Shown: positions 1 to 12,413, counted from the first letter of the stretch. The stretch: 64,000 bases of DNA from Desulfomicrobium sp. (GCA_040768745.1 JAXGMI010000001.1:1152001-1216000), one strand, 5' to 3'. Notes: generated by a model from the sequence alone, not told the origin. Translations and numbers: made by a program.

Positions 1-1062
<1,062 letters not shown>

Positions 1063-1140
1063 ATGGGCAGTGACCAGCCTGGTTCAGGACCGGTCTGGCC
1101 TCGCGCCTGCATACTACATTACAGTTCAGGGAGAACAACA

Positions 1141-1386
1141 ATGGCTTTGAAACTCAGACTGACCCGCATGGGCTCCAAGAAAAAACCGTTTTACCGCATC
1201 GTGGCAGTGGACTCCGCGTCACGTCGTGATGGCCGTGCGCTCGACTATGTCGGCTACTACAACCCCATGACCGACCCGGCGGAGATCAAGTTCGATCAGG
1301 ACAAGGTCAAATCCTGGATGGAACGGGGCGCCCAACCCTCGGATACCGTTCGCTCCTTGCTAAAAAAGTCTGGATTCAGTAGTTAG
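1141..1386 (+). CDS. rpsP: 30S ribosomal protein S16
   Basis: [25 protein letters not shown]...RDGR; RBS GGGAG upstream of ATG 1141. Confidence 0.97.
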   Translation: MALKLRLTRMGSKKKPFYRIVAVDSASRRDGRALDYVGYYNPMTDPAEIKFDQDKVKSWMERGAQPSDTVRSLLKKSGFSS

Positions 1387-1451
1387 TACCTCCAAGACCC
1401 GTCGCGGGATTCGACGAGCGGTTCCACAGTTCTTCCAGCGGAGGTGCCCCT

Positions 1452-1685
1452 ATGCTCAAGGATTTGATCGAATTCATCGCCAAGTCCCTGGTGGACAATC
1501 CGGACAGTGTATCCGTTTCTGAAATCGAGGGAGAGCAGACTTCCGTCATAGAGTTGAAGGTGGCCAAGGAGGATCTCGGCAAGGTCATCGGCAAGCAGGG
1601 GCGCACGGCCAGGGCCATGCGCACCATTCTGGGCGCGGCCTCGACCAAGGCCAGAAAGCGCTCTGTCCTGGAGATCCTGGAGTAG
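1452..1685 (+). CDS. khpA: KH-domain RNA-binding protein (KhpA/YlqC)
   Basis: [25 protein letters not shown]; canonical position between rpsP and rimM. Confidence 0.93.
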   Translation: MLKDLIEFIAKSLVDNPDSVSVSEIEGEQTSVIELKVAKEDLGKVIGKQGRTARAMRTILGAASTKARKRSVLEILE

Positions 1686-1686
1686 C

Positions 1687-2235
1687 GTGGTCCAAGAGAA
1701 TCCGGATCCGGTGAAACTCGTAGAGCTGGGACGGGTCCACAAACCACACGGTCTGAAGGGGGAGCTCTGCATCGACATGTATGCGGACTCCCCTTTCCTC
1801 TTTGAGGGTCTGCGCCGCGTCTATCTGCGCCTGCCGGGCAAGAAGCCGAAACCCTGCATCCTGGAGGCGTGGCGTCCGCACCAGGGTCGGGCCTTGATTC
1901 TGGTGGACCGCTGTCAAGGCCGGGACCAGGCGGAGTCCTGGCGCGGGGCAGAGGTGTTGGTCCGGGAGCGGGATCTGCCGCCCGTTGACCAGGACCGCAT
2001 GCTGCCCGACAAACTGCTGGGACTGCCGGTCAGGGATGTGAGGGGCGAGGACGTGGGTGTCCTGGAGGACATTCAGGACATTGCCGGGCAGGAGGTCTGG
2101 ATCATCCGTGACACGGCCGGGCACGAGATCCTGCTGCCTGCCGTGGAGCAATTCGTAATCGACATAGACCTTGACACCGGACTCATCCGGATAGATCCCC
2201 CCGAGGGCCTGCTGGAACTGTACCAACATCCATGA
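1687..2235 (+). CDS. rimM: Ribosome maturation factor RimM
   Basis: GRVHKPHGLKGE and PRC-barrel end (LLPAVEQFVIDIDL...PPEGLLEL). Confidence 0.95.
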   Translation: MVQENPDPVKLVELGRVHKPHGLKGELCIDMYADSPFLFEGLRRVYLRLPGKKPKPCILEAWRPHQGRALILVDRCQGRDQAESWRGAEVLVRERDLPPVDQDRMLPDKLLGLPVRDVRGEDVGVLEDIQDIAGQEVWIIRDTAGHEILLPAVEQFVIDIDLDTGLIRIDPPEGLLELYQHP

Positions 2236-2273
2236 CCAGGCATCGCTTCTCCGGGCATGGAGCAGAAGCAGGA

Positions 2274-3548
2274 ATGCGATTTTCCGTCATCACCATTTTT
2301 CCTGAATTTTTCGACTCCCCCCTGTCCTGCGGGATCCTTTCCAAGGCCAGGGAAAAAGGTCTGGTGGCCTTCAGGTTTATCAATCCTCGCGAGTATTCGA
2401 CGGACAAACACCACAACGTCGATGACCGTCCCTACGGGGGCGGACCGGGCATGGTCATGGCCGTGGATCCCCTCCGGCGGGCCCTGGACACCCTTCCCTC
2501 CTCCGCCCGGATCCTTGTGCTCAGCCCCAAGGGACGGCCCTTGACCCAGGACCTGGCCCGGGATCTGGCCCAGGAAGAGGAATTAGCCCTGGTGTGCGGC
2601 CGTTACGAGGGCATAGACGCCCGCCTGGAGCAGCTTTGCCCCATGGAACTTGTGTCTGTGGGCGATTTCGTGCTCAACGGAGGGGAGGCCGGGGCCCTGT
2701 GCCTGATCGAGGCCGTTGGACGGCTCATCCCGGACTTCATGGGCAAGGACGAGAGTGCCGACGAGGAAAGTTTCAGTTCCGGCCTGCTGGAGTATCCGCA
2801 CTATACCAGGCCCGAGGAATACCAGGGGCTGAAGGTGCCGGAGGTGCTTTCTTCCGGCCACCATGGCCGCATTGCTGCGTGGCGGCGGGAGAAGAGCCTG
2901 GAGGCCACCCTGTCCCTGCGGCCCGACATCCTGGACCGTGCGCTGCTGACAGGCGAGGACATCCGGTATCTCAAGGGGTTGGAAAGAACGAGGCCGGGAA
3001 GAAACCTGCATGTGGCCCTGGTCCATTATCCGGTGGAAAATAAATCGGGCCAAACCGTGACAACCTCTTTGACAAACCTGGACCTCCACGATATTGCACG
3101 CGTTTCGTGCACCTATGGTCTGGGTGGATACTATATCTGCACGCCTGTAAGGGACCAGCAACAACTGGCACACACCCTGATCGGCCACTGGCGCGAAGGG
3201 TACGGCCTGAAGGCCAATCCCGACCGGGGAGTGGCCCTGGCGCGGGTGAAGGTGGTCAGCCTTCTCGGTGAAGCCATCGCAGACATAACGGAGCGCACAG
3301 GGCAGCGGCCCAGAGTCGTCGGCACCAGCGCCAAGGCCGGCACGCTGACCTTTGCCCAGGTCTCAGCCTGGCTCGCAGGGGATCCTGTGCTGCTGGTTCT
3401 GGGCACGGGGCATGGACTGCACGGCAGCCTGCTGGCGGACGCCGACGGCACGCTCAGGGCTATACGCTTCATGGACAGGTACAACCATCTTTCCGTCCGC
3501 TCGGCGGCGTCCATCATGGTGGACCGGCTGCTGGGCGATGCGGGGTAG
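2274..3548 (+). CDS. trmD: tRNA (guanine37-N1)-methyltransferase TrmD fused to C-terminal TM1570/DUF2168-type SPOUT methyltransferase
   Basis: [22 protein letters not shown] and [10 protein letters not shown], then in-frame ALVHYPV...[10 protein letters not shown]...GTGHGL...[10 protein letters not shown]. Confidence 0.95.
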   Translation: MRFSVITIFPEFFDSPLSCGILSKAREKGLVAFRFINPREYSTDKHHNVDDRPYGGGPGMVMAVDPLRRALDTLPSSARILVLSPKGRPLTQDLARDLAQEEELALVCGRYEGIDARLEQLCPMELVSVGDFVLNGGEAGALCLIEAVGRLIPDFMGKDESADEESFSSGLLEYPHYTRPEEYQGLKVPEVLSSGHHGRIAAWRREKSLEATLSLRPDILDRALLTGEDIRYLKGLERTRPGRNLHVALVHYPVENKSGQTVTTSLTNLDLHDIARVSCTYGLGGYYICTPVRDQQQLAHTLIGHWREGYGLKANPDRGVALARVKVVSLLGEAIADITERTGQRPRVVGTSAKAGTLTFAQVSAWLAGDPVLLVLGTGHGLHGSLLADADGTLRAIRFMDRYNHLSVRSAASIMVDRLLGDAG

Positions 3549-3595
3549 ACGCACACTTGGCAGCTTGCGGGCTGCTTCAGATAAAGGAGAAGATC

Positions 3596-3943
3596 ATGCA
3601 TATCATTCAAAAGATTGAAAACGAACACCTGCGCGCTGACCTGCCCAAATTCCGGGCCGGGGACACTGTCAAGGTGCATACCCGCATCATCGAAGGGGAA
3701 AAGGAACGCATCCAGGTGTTCCAGGGTGTCGTCCTGCGGGTCAAGAAGGGAACGACCGACGGGTCGTTCATCGTGCGCAAGGTTTCCGATGGTATCGGCG
3801 TGGAGCGGATCTTCCCTCTGCACGCCCCGTCCATCGATCGCATCGAGGTGGTGTCCGAAGGCGTGGTTCGCCAGAGCCGCATTTTCTACCTGCGCCGTCT
3901 CAAAGGCAAGGCAGCACGCATCAAGACCAAGAACGCCTGGTAG
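3596..3943 (+). CDS. rplS: 50S ribosomal protein L19
   Basis: [10 protein letters not shown]...ERIQVFQG...[22 protein letters not shown]. Confidence 0.97.
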   Translation: MHIIQKIENEHLRADLPKFRAGDTVKVHTRIIEGEKERIQVFQGVVLRVKKGTTDGSFIVRKVSDGIGVERIFPLHAPSIDRIEVVSEGVVRQSRIFYLRRLKGKAARIKTKNAW

Positions 3944-3950
3944 GGCGCAT

Positions 3951-4583
3951 GTGCTCGTTTTGAGCCGTCCTGGAAGGCCGTGGCAGCACGTAGACGCTCC
4001 CGTTGCCGGCATCGACGAGGCCGGCCGGGGCTGTCTGGCCGGACCGGTGGTGGCGGGGGCCGTGATTTTGCCTTCCTTCTATGACCTCCCAGGGCTGACG
4101 GATTCGAAAAGACTTTCCGCGCGGCAACGCGCATTGCTCGCGCAAGCCATCAAGGCCCAGGCTCTATCCTGGGCCTTAGGTTTTTCCTGGCCTCGAGAAA
4201 TCGAACGCATCAACATCTTGCAGGCCACCTTGCAAGCCATGGCCAGGGCAGAGGCCGCCTTGACGGTCCGTCCTGTCCTGGTGCTGGTGGACGGCAACCA
4301 GCCATTTCCCTCGGCCGTGCGGCAAAAAACCGTGGTCGGCGGGGACGCAATTCATCCGTGCATTTCTGCCGCTTCCATCCTGGCCAAGACCTTCCGGGAC
4401 CGCCTTCTGGAACTGATGGACGTCCGTTATCCAGGATATGGGTTGTCCAGGCACAAAGGCTATGGAACCAGGGAACACCTGCAGGCCCTGGACAGGCTCG
4501 GACCATGCCCCGTGCATCGGATGACCTTCAAGGGGGTGCGCCCCGGGCAGGAGGAGCGGCAGTTATGCCTGCCCGGCATCTGA
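3951..4583 (+). CDS. rnhB: Ribonuclease HII (start codon uncertain)
   Basis: GIDEAGRGCLAGPV, DSKRLS, ISAASILAK, HKGYGT motifs. Confidence 0.93.
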   Translation: MLVLSRPGRPWQHVDAPVAGIDEAGRGCLAGPVVAGAVILPSFYDLPGLTDSKRLSARQRALLAQAIKAQALSWALGFSWPREIERINILQATLQAMARAEAALTVRPVLVLVDGNQPFPSAVRQKTVVGGDAIHPCISAASILAKTFRDRLLELMDVRYPGYGLSRHKGYGTREHLQALDRLGPCPVHRMTFKGVRPGQEERQLCLPGI

Positions 4584-4969
4584 TCACGGGCCAGACCGGC
4601 GAGGACCTGGCGGCCGCGTTTCTGACCGAGAAGGGGTTGCGCGTTCGGCAGCGGAACTTTCGCTGCCGAGGCGGCGAAATCGACCTGATCTGCGAGGACC
4701 GGGGAACAGTGGTCTTTGTGGAGGTCAAGACGCGTTCCGGCGCCGTGCGCGGAGAACCGGGCGAGGCGGTGTGCGCAGCCAAGCAAGAACGCCTGATCAG
4801 GGCCGCAAGCCTGTACCTGAGCCACATCAAGGCCTGGGACCGGCCGTGTCGCTTCGATCTGGTCAGCGTGGTCATGCACGCGGCGGATGCGGCCATAGAA
4901 CATTGGGAGGATATCATCGATGTACGGGACGGTCTGGGTCGTGGCCACGCCCCTTGGCAACCTTGGTGA
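4565..4969 (+). CDS. YraN/UPF0102 family endonuclease-like protein
   Basis: GEDLAA...RNFRCRGGEIDLI...VFVEVKTR...CRFDLV. Confidence 0.9.
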   Translation: MPARHLITGQTGEDLAAAFLTEKGLRVRQRNFRCRGGEIDLICEDRGTVVFVEVKTRSGAVRGEPGEAVCAAKQERLIRAASLYLSHIKAWDRPCRFDLVSVVMHAADAAIEHWEDIIDVRDGLGRGHAPWQPW

Positions 4970-5744
4970 CTTCTCCCCTCGGGCCCGGCAGACCCTGGAG
5001 GAAGCCGACGTCATTCTGGCCGAAGACACCCGCCGGGCCGGCCGCCTGCTGCACCTTGCCGGTATCGTAAACAAGCGGTTTCTGAGCCTGCACGAACACA
5101 ATGAGGAGGAGCGCATCAACGAGGTCCTGGGGCTCCTTCGCAGCGGAGCCAAGGTGGCCGTGGTCTCCGATGCGGGAACACCCCTTATTGCCGATCCAGG
5201 GTACCGCCTGGTGGCAGCCTGCCGTGAGGGAGGAATCCCCGTGGTGCCCGTGCCTGGGCCGTGCGCTCCCATCGCCGCCCTCATGGCCAGCGGCCTTCCA
5301 CCGTATCCGTTCGTGTTCCTGGGTTTTCTGCCGCGCAAGGCAGGAGACGTGCGCAGTCTTTTCCGGGAGTACGCCATGGTCACGGCTACCCTGGTCTTTT
5401 TTGAGCGCAAGAACAGGGTCGGCCAGTCCCTGGCCCTGGCCCTGGACGTGCTCGGAGAGAGGGAATTTTGCTTGGCCCGGGAATTGACCAAGAAACATGA
5501 GCAGTTTATCAATGGAAGGCTTGGTCAGCCTCTGGATGTCGCAGGAGAATTGCTGGGCGAGGTCACTGTAGTCATCGGCCCTCCACACGCCGAACGGGCC
5601 GCCTCACGGGAAGAGGTGCTGGACTTGGCCCGGGCCTATGCGGGGATGCGGCCTAAGGATGCGGCCCGGTTGATCCATTCCCGGGTGAGCGGATGGACAG
5701 TCAAGGGAATTTACGAGGTCATGTTGGAACAGGGCGTGGAGTAG
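4920..5744 (+). CDS. rsmI: 16S rRNA (C1402-2'-O)-methyltransferase
   Basis: VATPLGNLGD, AEDTR, SDAGTPLIADPG, RELTKKHE. Confidence 0.95.
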   Translation: MYGTVWVVATPLGNLGDFSPRARQTLEEADVILAEDTRRAGRLLHLAGIVNKRFLSLHEHNEEERINEVLGLLRSGAKVAVVSDAGTPLIADPGYRLVAACREGGIPVVPVPGPCAPIAALMASGLPPYPFVFLGFLPRKAGDVRSLFREYAMVTATLVFFERKNRVGQSLALALDVLGEREFCLARELTKKHEQFINGRLGQPLDVAGELLGEVTVVIGPPHAERAASREEVLDLARAYAGMRPKDAARLIHSRVSGWTVKGIYEVMLEQGVE

Positions 5745-5747
5745 GCA

Positions 5748-6494
5748 GTGGGTGCACGGGTTTTGCTGCGGATATTCCTGCGCACGTATGTGGTCGGGGC
5801 CACATTCAACACCAAGGGGATGCAGAACGTGGGCTTTGCCCTGGTGATGGAGCCTGGGCTGGTCGATTTGTATGGCCATGATCCTGCAGCCCTGCAGCGG
5901 GCCCGGAGCCGCTACCTGAAGCACTACAATACGCATCCTTTCTGGACTCCGCTTCTGGCCGGCATTTTCCTGTCCATGGAAAAAAAGATCGCCAGCGGAC
6001 TCCTGCCCGCCGATATTCTGTTGAAGCTCAGGTCCACGACGGTCTATACCCTCTCGGCCCTGGGGGACTCTTTTTTCGGCGGCAGCTCCCTGGTCCTGTG
6101 GTCCCTGGTCGGGATCAATCTGGCCGTTTCGGGGCACATCTTGCCTCTTGTCCTGTGGCTTTTCCTCTGTTTCTGCCTGTTGCAGGCGTTCAAAGTCTAC
6201 ACCTTTGCCCGCGGCTATGCCCAGGGCCTGTCCTTTTTACAGCGCCTCAAGTCCTGGAACCTTATCGATTGGGGGCAGCGCATCAAGATGGCCAATGCGG
6301 CGCTGATCGCCCTTTTTGTGCTCCAGATCGCCCCGGGGGAGGGCTTTTGGCTCCTGGCTTGGGCTGCTGGGGCGAGTCTGCTGGCTGCGGGCAGTGTTCT
6401 GCGGTCCCCTGCCCGTTGTTTTTGGATAGCTGTTGTCATTCTGGTTGGGCTTTTCGCGCCCTGGAACCTGGTTCTGCCTTTGGTCTCCATGTAG
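5748..6494 (+). CDS. PTS mannose/fructose/sorbose family IID component
   Basis: FNTKGMQNVGF, HYNTHPF, LSALGDSFF motifs; membrane segments; upstream of ptsH-ptsI. Confidence 0.85.
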   Translation: MGARVLLRIFLRTYVVGATFNTKGMQNVGFALVMEPGLVDLYGHDPAALQRARSRYLKHYNTHPFWTPLLAGIFLSMEKKIASGLLPADILLKLRSTTVYTLSALGDSFFGGSSLVLWSLVGINLAVSGHILPLVLWLFLCFCLLQAFKVYTFARGYAQGLSFLQRLKSWNLIDWGQRIKMANAALIALFVLQIAPGEGFWLLAWAAGASLLAAGSVLRSPARCFWIAVVILVGLFAPWNLVLPLVSM

Positions 6495-6497
6495 GTG

Positions 6498-6782
6498 ATG
6501 CGTATGGATGGAGTGCAGGAAAAGATCATTCGCGTCGGCAACAGCCTGGGAATTCATGCCCGGCCAGCTGGAAAGATTTCCCAGGAAGCACAGCGCTATG
6601 CCTCGAGCGTGACCATTTGCTCCAAGGATGCCGAGGCTGATGCCAAGTCCATTTTGGACATCCTGACCCTGGCCGCGCCCCAGGGAACCGAACTGATCCT
6701 GCGGGCCCAGGGGCCGGATGCAAGGGAGGCCATTCTGGGGGTGTCCCGTCTGTTCGAAGAAATGTTTGGAGAAGATCGCTGA
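6498..6782 (+). CDS. ptsH: Phosphocarrier protein HPr
   Basis: GIHARPA (His15) and DAKSILD (Ser46). Confidence 0.95.
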   Translation: MRMDGVQEKIIRVGNSLGIHARPAGKISQEAQRYASSVTICSKDAEADAKSILDILTLAAPQGTELILRAQGPDAREAILGVSRLFEEMFGEDR

Positions 6783-8548
6783 TGGCTTCCCGCACCCTTT
6801 TCGGTATCCCCGTCTCCGCAGGCATCGCCATTGGCAAGGCCTATTGCCTGAACAAATGCCACTTTTCCGGGACTGCGCGGCAGGTGGTGTCCGAGGCGGC
6901 TCTTCCCGGTGAGATGACCCGGCTGACCCAGGCCTTTGAGGCTGCGCAGGCTGATCTGGAGCGGACTCTGGCCATGGTGCCCGAGGATTTGAAAGAGCAT
7001 GCGGCGATCATCGAATCGCATCTGATGATGCTCAAGGATCACAAATTCCGCAAACGTGCCCAGGACCACATCGTTTCCGCCAAGGTCAATGCCGAGTGGG
7101 CCCTGGAACGAGCCGTGAACGACGTGCAGGAGATTTTTGCGGCCATAGCCGACGAATACCTTCGCCAGCGCATGCAGGACGTGCAGCTTGTGGCCGAACG
7201 GGTGCTGGGCAAGCTGGTCGGCTGCGGCGCCGGGCGGGAGGCCATCAAGCACCGGGCCATTCTGCTGGCCCATGACCTTACTCCGGCCGACACCATCGAG
7301 CTGGAAGTGAACAAGATCATGGCTTTTGCCACTGCCCAGGGTGGCAAGACATCGCATGCCGGAATTCTGGCCCGTTCCCTCCAGATCCCGGCCGTTGTCG
7401 GGGTCGAGGGTCTTGAGGACAACCTGAACGAGGGCACCATCATCATCCTCGACGGTTTCGATGGACGCATCATCCTGGAACCCGACGAGGAGGAATTGGC
7501 CCGGTACACGGACCTGCAGGTCCAGTTCGAGGGCTACCAGGCAACCATCATGCGTTCCTGCCGCCTGCCGGCTGAAACCATCGATGGCTTTCGGGTGCAG
7601 GTTCTGGCCAATATCGAGCTGTTCGAGGAGGTCGTGGCCGTCAATGACAACGGCGGTGAAGGCATCGGCCTGTACCGTTCGGAGTACAGCTATCTGAGTC
7701 GGTCCCAGATGCCGACCGAAGAGGAACTGACCGAGATCTATGCTGACATGGCGTCCCTGGTGGCTCCGAAGAAGCTGGTCATCCGCACCCTGGACGTGGG
7801 CGCGGACAAACTCATGCGCGCCCATACGCACGTCGAGAGCAATCCTGCCCTGGGCCTGCGGGCCATCCGCTACTGCCTCAAACACCGGGATGTGTTCAGG
7901 ACCCAGCTGCGGGCCATTCTGCGGGCCAGCGTCGTGGGCAATGTCTCCATCATGTTCCCCATGATTTCGGGGCTGCAAGAACTCGTGGAGGTCAAGAAGT
8001 TCTATCGCGAGGTGCAGCGGGAGATGCACGCCGAGGGTATCGCCTTTCGGCAGGACATGCCCTTCGGGATCATGGTTGAGGTGCCTAGCGCGGTCATCAC
8101 CGCGGATTTTCTGGCCCGGGAAGTGGACTTCTTCAGTATCGGCACCAATGATCTGATCCAGTATTCTCTGGGTATCGACCGGACCAACAAGGACGTGTCC
8201 TACCTCTACCAGCCCCTGCATCCGGCCATCGTCAGGTCTGTCAAATGGGTGGTGGACTCAGCCCATCGGGCCGGGATCGAGGTCTGTCTGTGTGGGGAAA
8301 TGGCCGCAGATCCGTTCTGCATCCCTGTGCTTATGGGCATGCAGGTCGACTCCATCAGCCTTGGCCCCCACGCCATTCCGGGCATCAAGCGCATTGTCCG
8401 CCAGGCGTCCATGGAGGAATGCGACGCCCTCCTGAAACAGGTCATGGCCAGCCAGTCCGTGGCCCGCAACAACAAGCTTGTCCGGGAGATGATCTTCCGT
8501 CGTTTCCCGGAGGAGCTCATGTTCTACTCGTCTCTGGTGGACGAGTAG
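6782..8548 (+). CDS. ptsI: PEP-protein phosphotransferase (Enzyme I)
   Basis: GGKTSHAGILAR, ESNPALGLRAIR, DFFSIGTNDLIQY, CGEMA. Confidence 0.96.
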   Translation: MASRTLFGIPVSAGIAIGKAYCLNKCHFSGTARQVVSEAALPGEMTRLTQAFEAAQADLERTLAMVPEDLKEHAAIIESHLMMLKDHKFRKRAQDHIVSAKVNAEWALERAVNDVQEIFAAIADEYLRQRMQDVQLVAERVLGKLVGCGAGREAIKHRAILLAHDLTPADTIELEVNKIMAFATAQGGKTSHAGILARSLQIPAVVGVEGLEDNLNEGTIIILDGFDGRIILEPDEEELARYTDLQVQFEGYQATIMRSCRLPAETIDGFRVQVLANIELFEEVVAVNDNGGEGIGLYRSEYSYLSRSQMPTEEELTEIYADMASLVAPKKLVIRTLDVGADKLMRAHTHVESNPALGLRAIRYCLKHRDVFRTQLRAILRASVVGNVSIMFPMISGLQELVEVKKFYREVQREMHAEGIAFRQDMPFGIMVEVPSAVITADFLAREVDFFSIGTNDLIQYSLGIDRTNKDVSYLYQPLHPAIVRSVKWVVDSAHRAGIEVCLCGEMAADPFCIPVLMGMQVDSISLGPHAIPGIKRIVRQASMEECDALLKQVMASQSVARNNKLVREMIFRRFPEELMFYSSLVDE

Positions 8549-8565
8549 ACCTCCAAGGATTATTC

Positions 8566-9030
8566 ATGTGCGCCAAACCCACGGGCATCAAAATCATTGC
8601 GACCAATCGCAAAGCCCGTCACTTCTATGAACTGCTCGATTTTATCGAGGCCGGGATCATGCTGACCGGCTCGGAAGTCAAATCCCTGCGGGACGGCAAG
8701 GTCAATTTCATGGACGGCTACGTGCGCATGGCCAATGGCGAGGCCATCCTGTCCGGCGTGCATATTTCCACCTACGCCAATGCCGGGTACGCCCAGCACG
8801 ACCCGGATCGGGAACGCAAATTACTCATGCACCGGCATGAAATCGCCTCCCTGAAGTCGAAAATGGAACAGAAAGGGCTGACCCTGGTTCCGACCAAGAT
8901 GTATTTCAAGAATGGCAAGATCAAGATTGAACTGGCCCTGGCCAAGGGCAAGAAGGTTCATGACCGCCGCGAGGACCTCAAGCAGAAAGCCGTGGACCGG
9001 GATACGGAGAGGGAGATGAACCGGTTTTAG
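8566..9030 (+). CDS. smpB: SsrA-binding protein
   Basis: NRKARHFY...EAGIMLTGSEVKSLR...RERKLLMH...GKKVHDRR. Confidence 0.97.
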   Translation: MCAKPTGIKIIATNRKARHFYELLDFIEAGIMLTGSEVKSLRDGKVNFMDGYVRMANGEAILSGVHISTYANAGYAQHDPDRERKLLMHRHEIASLKSKMEQKGLTLVPTKMYFKNGKIKIELALAKGKKVHDRREDLKQKAVDRDTEREMNRF

Positions 9031-9176
9031 GCCGCTGTTGGAAATAACGGCTACCAGCCATGGTATGCACGGTTCACTCCGGGCCGCACTTTCAGGTTCG
9101 GTCAGAGGGCAGCCGGCCCAGAGGCATGCCATTCCATAGGGCTGTGCAACCCTTTCTGGTGGGCAGGGCTTGTCCC

Positions 9177-9749
9177 CTACTGGATGTCGGTGTGGCTCAG
9201 AAACTCATCCACGGTCATGCACGCGATGCCCACGTCCCGGATATCCTGGATGTTGGCCAGGTGGATTTCCGGGGTGCGTGAGGACGAGGCGTCGGTCAGG
9301 AGAACCATTTCGTAGCCCAGGCTCAGGCCGTCGAAGAGGGTGGCCCGCAGGCAGAACGGGAGCTGGGTGCCGGTGACCACCAGGCGGCTGATGTGCTTGC
9401 GCCGCAGGATGAGATCCAGTTCCGTGGCCATGAAGGCGCTGAAGCGCTGTTTGACGATGCGGAATTCGTTTTCAATGGGCTCCAGACCGGGGACGATGCG
9501 CGCCCCGGGCGTGCCGGGCACCACCATGGGGCGCCGGGCAAAGGCCCCTTGCCGGGAGACTTCCACGTCCGAGCCGTCGGCACGGTATTCGCGCACCACA
9601 TGAAAGACCGGCCAGGCCAGATCCCGGAACCGGCGCAGGACCTTGCGGATGGTCCCGATGGTGGCATGGGCCCCTGGCACCTCGCAGGCCCCGCCCGGCA
9701 CGGCGAAGTCGTGCTGCATGTCGATGACGAGCAGTGCGGTTTCAGTCAT
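9177..9749 (-). CDS. Isochorismatase-family cysteine hydrolase
   Basis: ALLVIDMQHDF, KQRFSAF, GTQLPFCL catalytic D/K/C pattern. Confidence 0.9.
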   Translation of the reverse strand: MTETALLVIDMQHDFAVPGGACEVPGAHATIGTIRKVLRRFRDLAWPVFHVVREYRADGSDVEVSRQGAFARRPMVVPGTPGARIVPGLEPIENEFRIVKQRFSAFMATELDLILRRKHISRLVVTGTQLPFCLRATLFDGLSLGYEMVLLTDASSSRTPEIHLANIQDIRDVGIACMTVDEFLSHTDIQ

Positions 9750-9893
9750 GGTCTTCCCTCCATGCGGTTGTCATTCCGGGAAATCTGCCCTAGTGCGGAT
9801 GCGCGCGCCGGCCGGCACAAAAATGGATAGCCAGCGTTGTCAGGCTCAGCAAGAAAGATTTTCACCCCCAAGACCAACGCGTCGGGAGTTTGC

Positions 9894-12410
9894 ATGATCG
9901 GTTATTTGACGAAAAAGATATTCGGCTCCAGAAACGACAGATATCTGAAGTCGTTGGGACCCCTTGTGGCTCAGATCAATGCCCTGGAAGAGGGCATGAC
10001 TGCCTTGGCGGATGTGGATTTTCCGGCCCGCATCGCGCGATACCGGGAGGAGGTGGCTGGCGGGCGTGACCTCGATTCCCTGCTGCCCGAGGTCTTCGCC
10101 CTGACCCGCGAAGCCAGCAGACGCGCCCTGAACATGCGCCATTTCGACGTGCAGCTCATGGGCGGGGTCATTCTGCACCAGGGCAAGATCGCCGAAATGA
10201 AGACCGGCGAAGGCAAGACCCTGGTGGCCACGCTGCCCGTGGTCCTGAACGCGCTGTCCGGGAGTGGCGTGCACGTGGTCACGGTCAACGATTACCTGGC
10301 CCGCCGAGACGCGGCCTGGATGGGCAAGCTGTACAATTTTCTGGGACTGTCCGTGGGCGTCATCATCCACGGTCTGACCGATGCCGAGCGTCAGGCGGCC
10401 TACGGTTCCGACGTGACCTACGGAACCAACAACGAGTTCGGGTTCGACTACCTGCGCGACAACATGAAGTTCTACAAGCATCAGCTCGTGCAGCGTGACC
10501 TCAACTACGCCATTGTCGACGAGGTGGACTCCATCCTGATCGACGAGGCGCGCACCCCGCTGATCATTTCCGGGCCTGGCGAAAAATCCACCGCGCTGTA
10601 CGGACGGGTCAACGCCATCATCCCCAAGCTGGTCCGGGAGGAACATTTTTCCATCGACGAAAAGGCCCGCACCGTGGTCCTGACCGACGAGGGCGTGGTC
10701 CACTGCGAGAAGATTCTGGGGGTGAACAACCTGTTTGATCCCTCCAACATCACCCTGCAGCACCATATCCTGCAGGCCTTGCGCGCCCACTACCTCTTTG
10801 CCTGCGACGATCACTACATCGTCAAGGACGGGCAGGTGGTCATCGTCGACGAGTTCACGGGCCGGCTCATGCCCGGCCGGCGCTTCAGCGACGGGTTGCA
10901 CCAGGCCCTGGAGGCCAAGGAAGGGGTCAAGGTCGAGGCCGAAAACCAGACCCTGGCCAGCATCACCTTTCAGAATTTTTTCCGCATGTACGCGAAGCTG
11001 GCCGGCATGACCGGCACGGCAGACACGGAAGCCGTGGAGTTCCAGCAGATCTACGGCCTGGAAGTCATTGTCGCGCCACCGAACAAGACCATGATTCGCA
11101 AGGATTTCCCGGACGTCATCCTGAAGACCCAGGTGGAGAAGTTCAGCGCCATCGTGGAGGAGATCCGCGCCCTGCACGTCAAGGGGCAGCCCGTGCTGGT
11201 CGGCACTACGTCCATCGAGAAGTCTGAGTACATCTCGGGACTGCTCAAGAAAAAGCACATCCCGCACGAGGTCCTGAACGCCAAATACCATGAGAAGGAA
11301 GCGGAGATCGTGGCCCTGGCCGGACAGAAGGGCCGGGTGACCATCGCCACCAACATGGCCGGCCGGGGCACGGACATCGTGCTCGGGGAGGGCGTGCGTG
11401 AGCTGGGCGGGCTGCACATCCTGGGCTCGGAGCGTCACGAGAGCCGGCGCATCGACAACCAGCTGCGCGGCCGGGCCGGCCGCCAAGGCGATCCCGGATC
11501 GTCGCGCTTCTACCTGGCCCTGGACGACACTCTCATGCGTCTTTTTGGTTCCGAGCGCATCGCCGGCATCATGGAGAAGCTCGGTCTGGAAGACGGGCAG
11601 ACCATCGAAAACAGCCTCATCACCCGATCCATCGAGAACGCCCAGAAGCGGGTGGAGGGGCACAATTTTGAAATACGCAAGCAGCTCCTGGAATACGACG
11701 ACGTCATGAACCAGCAACGCGAGGTCATCTACTCCCTGCGCCGCGAACTCATGACCACGGAGGATCTGCAGGATACGGTGGAGGAGTTCATCGACGATCT
11801 GCTGGCCGAGGTTTACGAGCCGTTGGACAACCGCAAGGGCAGGACCGAGCCGCTGGACGAGGTCCGGGCCATGATCCGCTCCAAGCTGGACGAGATTTTC
11901 GCCCTGGAACGGGTGGTGGAGCCCGGGAAGTTCGTGGAAAAAGAGGAGGCCCAGGCCAGGATTCTGTCCATTCTTGATACGCATCGGGCCGCAGCCCCGG
12001 ACCAGTACCAGGAGGTGTTGCGTTTCTTTCTCCTCGACGCGTTGGACCGCAACTGGAAGGACCACCTGTTGCAGATGGATTACCTCAAGGAGGGCATCGG
12101 TCTGCGCGGCTATGCCCAGCGCGATCCCAAACAGGAATATAAACGCGAAGGTTTTGAACTGTTCGAGGATCTGCTCTTCCGCATCCGGGAAAACACCATG
12201 AAGGCCCTGACCCACCTGCGGATCGAGGTGGTCAAGCAGGAAGAACTCAAGCACGAGGAGCAGGACAACGTGAAGTACGCGGGTGGGAGCGAGCCGGCGG
12301 AAAGCAAGCCCGACACCGTGCGCCGGGCCGACCCCAAGGTCGGGCGCAACGACCCCTGCCCCTGCGGGAGCGGTCAGAAGTACAAGAAATGCTGCGGTAG
12401 GCAGGCATGA
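9894..12410 (+). CDS. secA: Preprotein translocase ATPase SecA
   Basis: [36 protein letters not shown]-terminal [15 protein letters not shown]. Confidence 0.98.
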   Translation: MIGYLTKKIFGSRNDRYLKSLGPLVAQINALEEGMTALADVDFPARIARYREEVAGGRDLDSLLPEVFALTREASRRALNMRHFDVQLMGGVILHQGKIAEMKTGEGKTLVATLPVVLNALSGSGVHVVTVNDYLARRDAAWMGKLYNFLGLSVGVIIHGLTDAERQAAYGSDVTYGTNNEFGFDYLRDNMKFYKHQLVQRDLNYAIVDEVDSILIDEARTPLIISGPGEKSTALYGRVNAIIPKLVREEHFSIDEKARTVVLTDEGVVHCEKILGVNNLFDPSNITLQHHILQALRAHYLFACDDHYIVKDGQVVIVDEFTGRLMPGRRFSDGLHQALEAKEGVKVEAENQTLASITFQNFFRMYAKLAGMTGTADTEAVEFQQIYGLEVIVAPPNKTMIRKDFPDVILKTQVEKFSAIVEEIRALHVKGQPVLVGTTSIEKSEYISGLLKKKHIPHEVLNAKYHEKEAEIVALAGQKGRVTIATNMAGRGTDIVLGEGVRELGGLHILGSERHESRRIDNQLRGRAGRQGDPGSSRFYLALDDTLMRLFGSERIAGIMEKLGLEDGQTIENSLITRSIENAQKRVEGHNFEIRKQLLEYDDVMNQQREVIYSLRRELMTTEDLQDTVEEFIDDLLAEVYEPLDNRKGRTEPLDEVRAMIRSKLDEIFALERVVEPGKFVEKEEAQARILSILDTHRAAAPDQYQEVLRFFLLDALDRNWKDHLLQMDYLKEGIGLRGYAQRDPKQEYKREGFELFEDLLFRIRENTMKALTHLRIEVVKQEELKHEEQDNVKYAGGSEPAESKPDTVRRADPKVGRNDPCPCGSGQKYKKCCGRQA

Positions 12411-12413
12411 TCA

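Noticed and set aside
9031..9176. Possible tmRNA next to smpB
   Set aside because: Spacer too short and lacks tmRNA termini
9846..12254. 802-aa antisense ORF (similar ones lie opposite ptsI, aor, sat and fhs)
   Set aside because: Antisense shadows caused by codon bias of the real genes
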